From contig CM061251.1 in assembly GCA_022605425.2 (NCBI GenBank), positions 372,001 to 436,000 on the forward strand: a stretch of 64,000 nt of DNA, in the 5' to 3' direction. Shown here in pieces: positions 61,464-64,000 of the stretch. The position numbers and the translations under genes are program-made. The DNA is from Hamiltosporidium tvaerminnensis FI-OER-3-3. Its lineage: Eukaryota > Fungi > Microsporidia. The notes under the pieces are model-generated. The model was not told the DNA's origin, made no database searches, and saw only the letters and a program-made list of their open reading frames with translations. Within the stretch, counting starts at the first letter, position 1, and every line of letters starts with the position of its first letter.

Positions 61464-63589
61464 CATATTTAAAAATGCCCCAATATATATTGTACCGTTT
61501 AATTTATTCAATTACTAAAATTATAAATGCAATTATAAAAACATATGAACTCGGTCAAAAAAATTACAAACATTAATAATATAAAATAGAACTAAAAATT
61601 TTTATTTTTCCGCGTATCTGCTGTGTCTTTTGTGGTATTTTTAAAAAATTTCTGTTGTTCTAAAATATATAGAAAAACATTTTTTTATGGTGATCTTGAA
61701 TGCCAAAATTTGCGAAACAGTTGCAGTATATACAAAAAATAAAATATTTCCGACTTAAAGCCATAAAGTTCTATTATATTACATTTTGTTATTCAATTAT
61801 GTATAGCATCTTAAAATTTTATAAGCAAAAATATAATATTACAGGATTTTATACATCTATAGAATTACTCCTTATAATAATCATTCACAAATGAGCATTC
61901 GAAAGAACATAAAAGCGTATTAGACGGAAAACAACATCGTTTGTATTATATCAATGACTAATTTTCTAGAAAAACCAGGATGAAATAAAGTTAAATACTT
62001 ATGTGACTTTCTCGAGTACATTTCGGCAAGTAGTTTAATCATACAGGAGACTTGTTCAAACTGTATTCAGACAAAGCAAACAATTGGTTAAATTTTTTTT
62101 TAAAAAATAAGCTGGCTTTTTTAGGCCCAATTTTTTTAAAGAATTTAACTACAGAAGTGGTTAAGAAAGATTTTCATATTTGTTTAAAACTCATATAAAT
62201 GATAATTGAAACTGAGTATGAGAGTGACTAAATGACTATAGTAAGGGAATCTGCTCTAACGAACAAAAATACTGTGGAATGTCACTAGCCGCCGTAAAAA
62301 ATTATGTATACACGTGGTAATTGTAGAAATTTGGCTCTCAAAAGAATTGAAAGCACCAATCCCCTTCATATGTATCTTGCTTATAATATTAAACATAGCT
62401 ATTTAAGTTTCTAACTACAATCATACAACGCTACGGAATTTCTTCGACTCATTTTCTGAAGATTAAACATATATTTAAATTGATTTATTAGATGACCATA
62501 GTATGTTAATAGTCAAAAACATGCGAAAAAATGAAAAAGCAAAACATATATAAAGAAAGAATTTAAAAGAAAAAGATAATGAATTTTAGTTTAAAATTAT
62601 TTTTGCTACAAATACATTTTTCCAGATTTTTTTATATTTTCTTATTTTTTTTAGGTTGAATTCTAATCTCTATATATTAATTTAATTATTTAAGATCTTA
62701 GTTCCATAATTTTTTCATTTTTTTTGTTTTTTTTCATATATTATTTATATATGTTGCTAAGCAATCACCCGCCAAATTTCCTAAAATAGTCTTTCCGGGC
62801 AAAAAACGCATAAATACATTTATTTTTCAAATTATCCTCATCATAATTAGCTCAGAAAATTTCTACGTTGAATTACCATTGGTTTATTGTAAACAGCAAT
62901 AAAGGAGATGGAAGGAGGGAATGAAATTTGAAATATGACAATATTTAACCTTTTTTAGCAGTAATTTTTCTTGATTTGATTTTTCTGATTTTTTTTGAAT
63001 CATTTTTTTAATATGTGTGCAACCCTTTCAGATTGGACTTTAGATAAAGTCCGGAAGAAAAAAAAGTTTTTAAGTTTATTTTTACTCTTATTTAATGTCA
63101 CGGACCAATAAACCCTCTCCCATATCCAATAAAACCCCGTTATTTCATATAACCTTTTATAGTTGATAACACACCTTATTTTTGTATAGCTCTTTTATTC
63201 CCATACTCTATTGTCCTATTCTTCTCCGGTTATTTCTATATACATCTGATTTCAAATTCCTTGGTATTATTTTTTATCCATCCTTTCTTAATATTTTTTT
63301 GCATAAAATGTTAGGATGTGTTAATTATGAATATAATTTCAAATTAAACTTACTTCTTCTTTTCACTTCCCTTTTTGCTTTTTTGTTTCAATTAATGTTT
63401 GTAAACAAAAAATTTATTTAAAACTTATAGGCACAGGTACTTAACAACATAACACAATATACAAATTTATTTGAAGTTTGTTTTTTATTTTTCTTTTCTT
63501 TTATGTTTTCATTATATCTATAAACAAGTGTTGGTGTATATTAACTAATTTGCCAAAATTGTAAGTTGTAGAAACAAAAGAAATGAATG

Positions 63590-64000
63590 TTCAACAGGCT
63601 ACTTTAAAACCGGATGTATACAGGATTGTGTAGATCATGGAGATAACCAGTTCAACGGTTATTATTTCTGTATTAATATAACTAACACATACACCGAAAC
63701 TTTTAATTTAATAAGATATCTAATAAGACTTTACAATTTGTAAAAGATTCATTGAACTTTAGTTTTAAAATTTATTGTTAAGTTGTTACAAAATATGACA
63801 AGTCGATATAATAAGAATTTACTTCTTGAAATGCTATTGAATTGTCTAGGTATTGAAGTTATACATAGAACACATCGATTTACAAAGTCTAAAGTCAAAG
63901 AAAACGTACCAATCAGACCATAATAGGATGGCTAATAATGAATTTACACCAAATAGATTGAAGAAGATCGATCAGGCATTCTAAACATGCTATTTATTCA
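63590..64000 (+). mobile_element. Possible gypsy RT N-terminal relic
   Basis: aaaccggatgtatacaggattgtgtagatcat resembles KPDG..RxCVDY; weak support downstream. Confidence 0.3.

Overview
Very AT-rich, gene-sparse eukaryotic DNA from a large-genome microsporidian. Evidence: the divergent EF-1alpha, CCC motifs just before ATGs, intron-free genes and an LRR multigene member. The HPVN/QQGVN repeat peptides suggest Hamiltosporidium, which is inference. Recognisable genes are an insert-bloated valyl-tRNA synthetase, a RhoGAP plus a pseudogenised paralogue, an LRR protein, three KRE2/MNT1 (GT15) mannosyltransferases around a Sec20-like SNARE, EF-1alpha, one unknown protein and a membrane-anchored PPPLP-repeat protein. 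Intergenic space is filled with mobile DNA: two RT-RLE non-LTR retrotransposons, several decayed Ty3/gypsy pol relics, a hAT-type MITE and four RTE-related SINE-like elements. Three unexplained signals stand out. (1) A ~725-bp non-coding dispersed repeat (4 copies plus a sibling) whose hairpins show compensatory changes, i.e. a mobile structured RNA. (2) A strand-symmetric sawtooth G/C skew whose G-to-C switch points coincide with the in-frame low-complexity insertions in genes. (3) A set of SINE-like elements sharing one RTE 5'UTR-like motif. All alignments and folds were done by eye, so boundaries of decayed elements are approximate.
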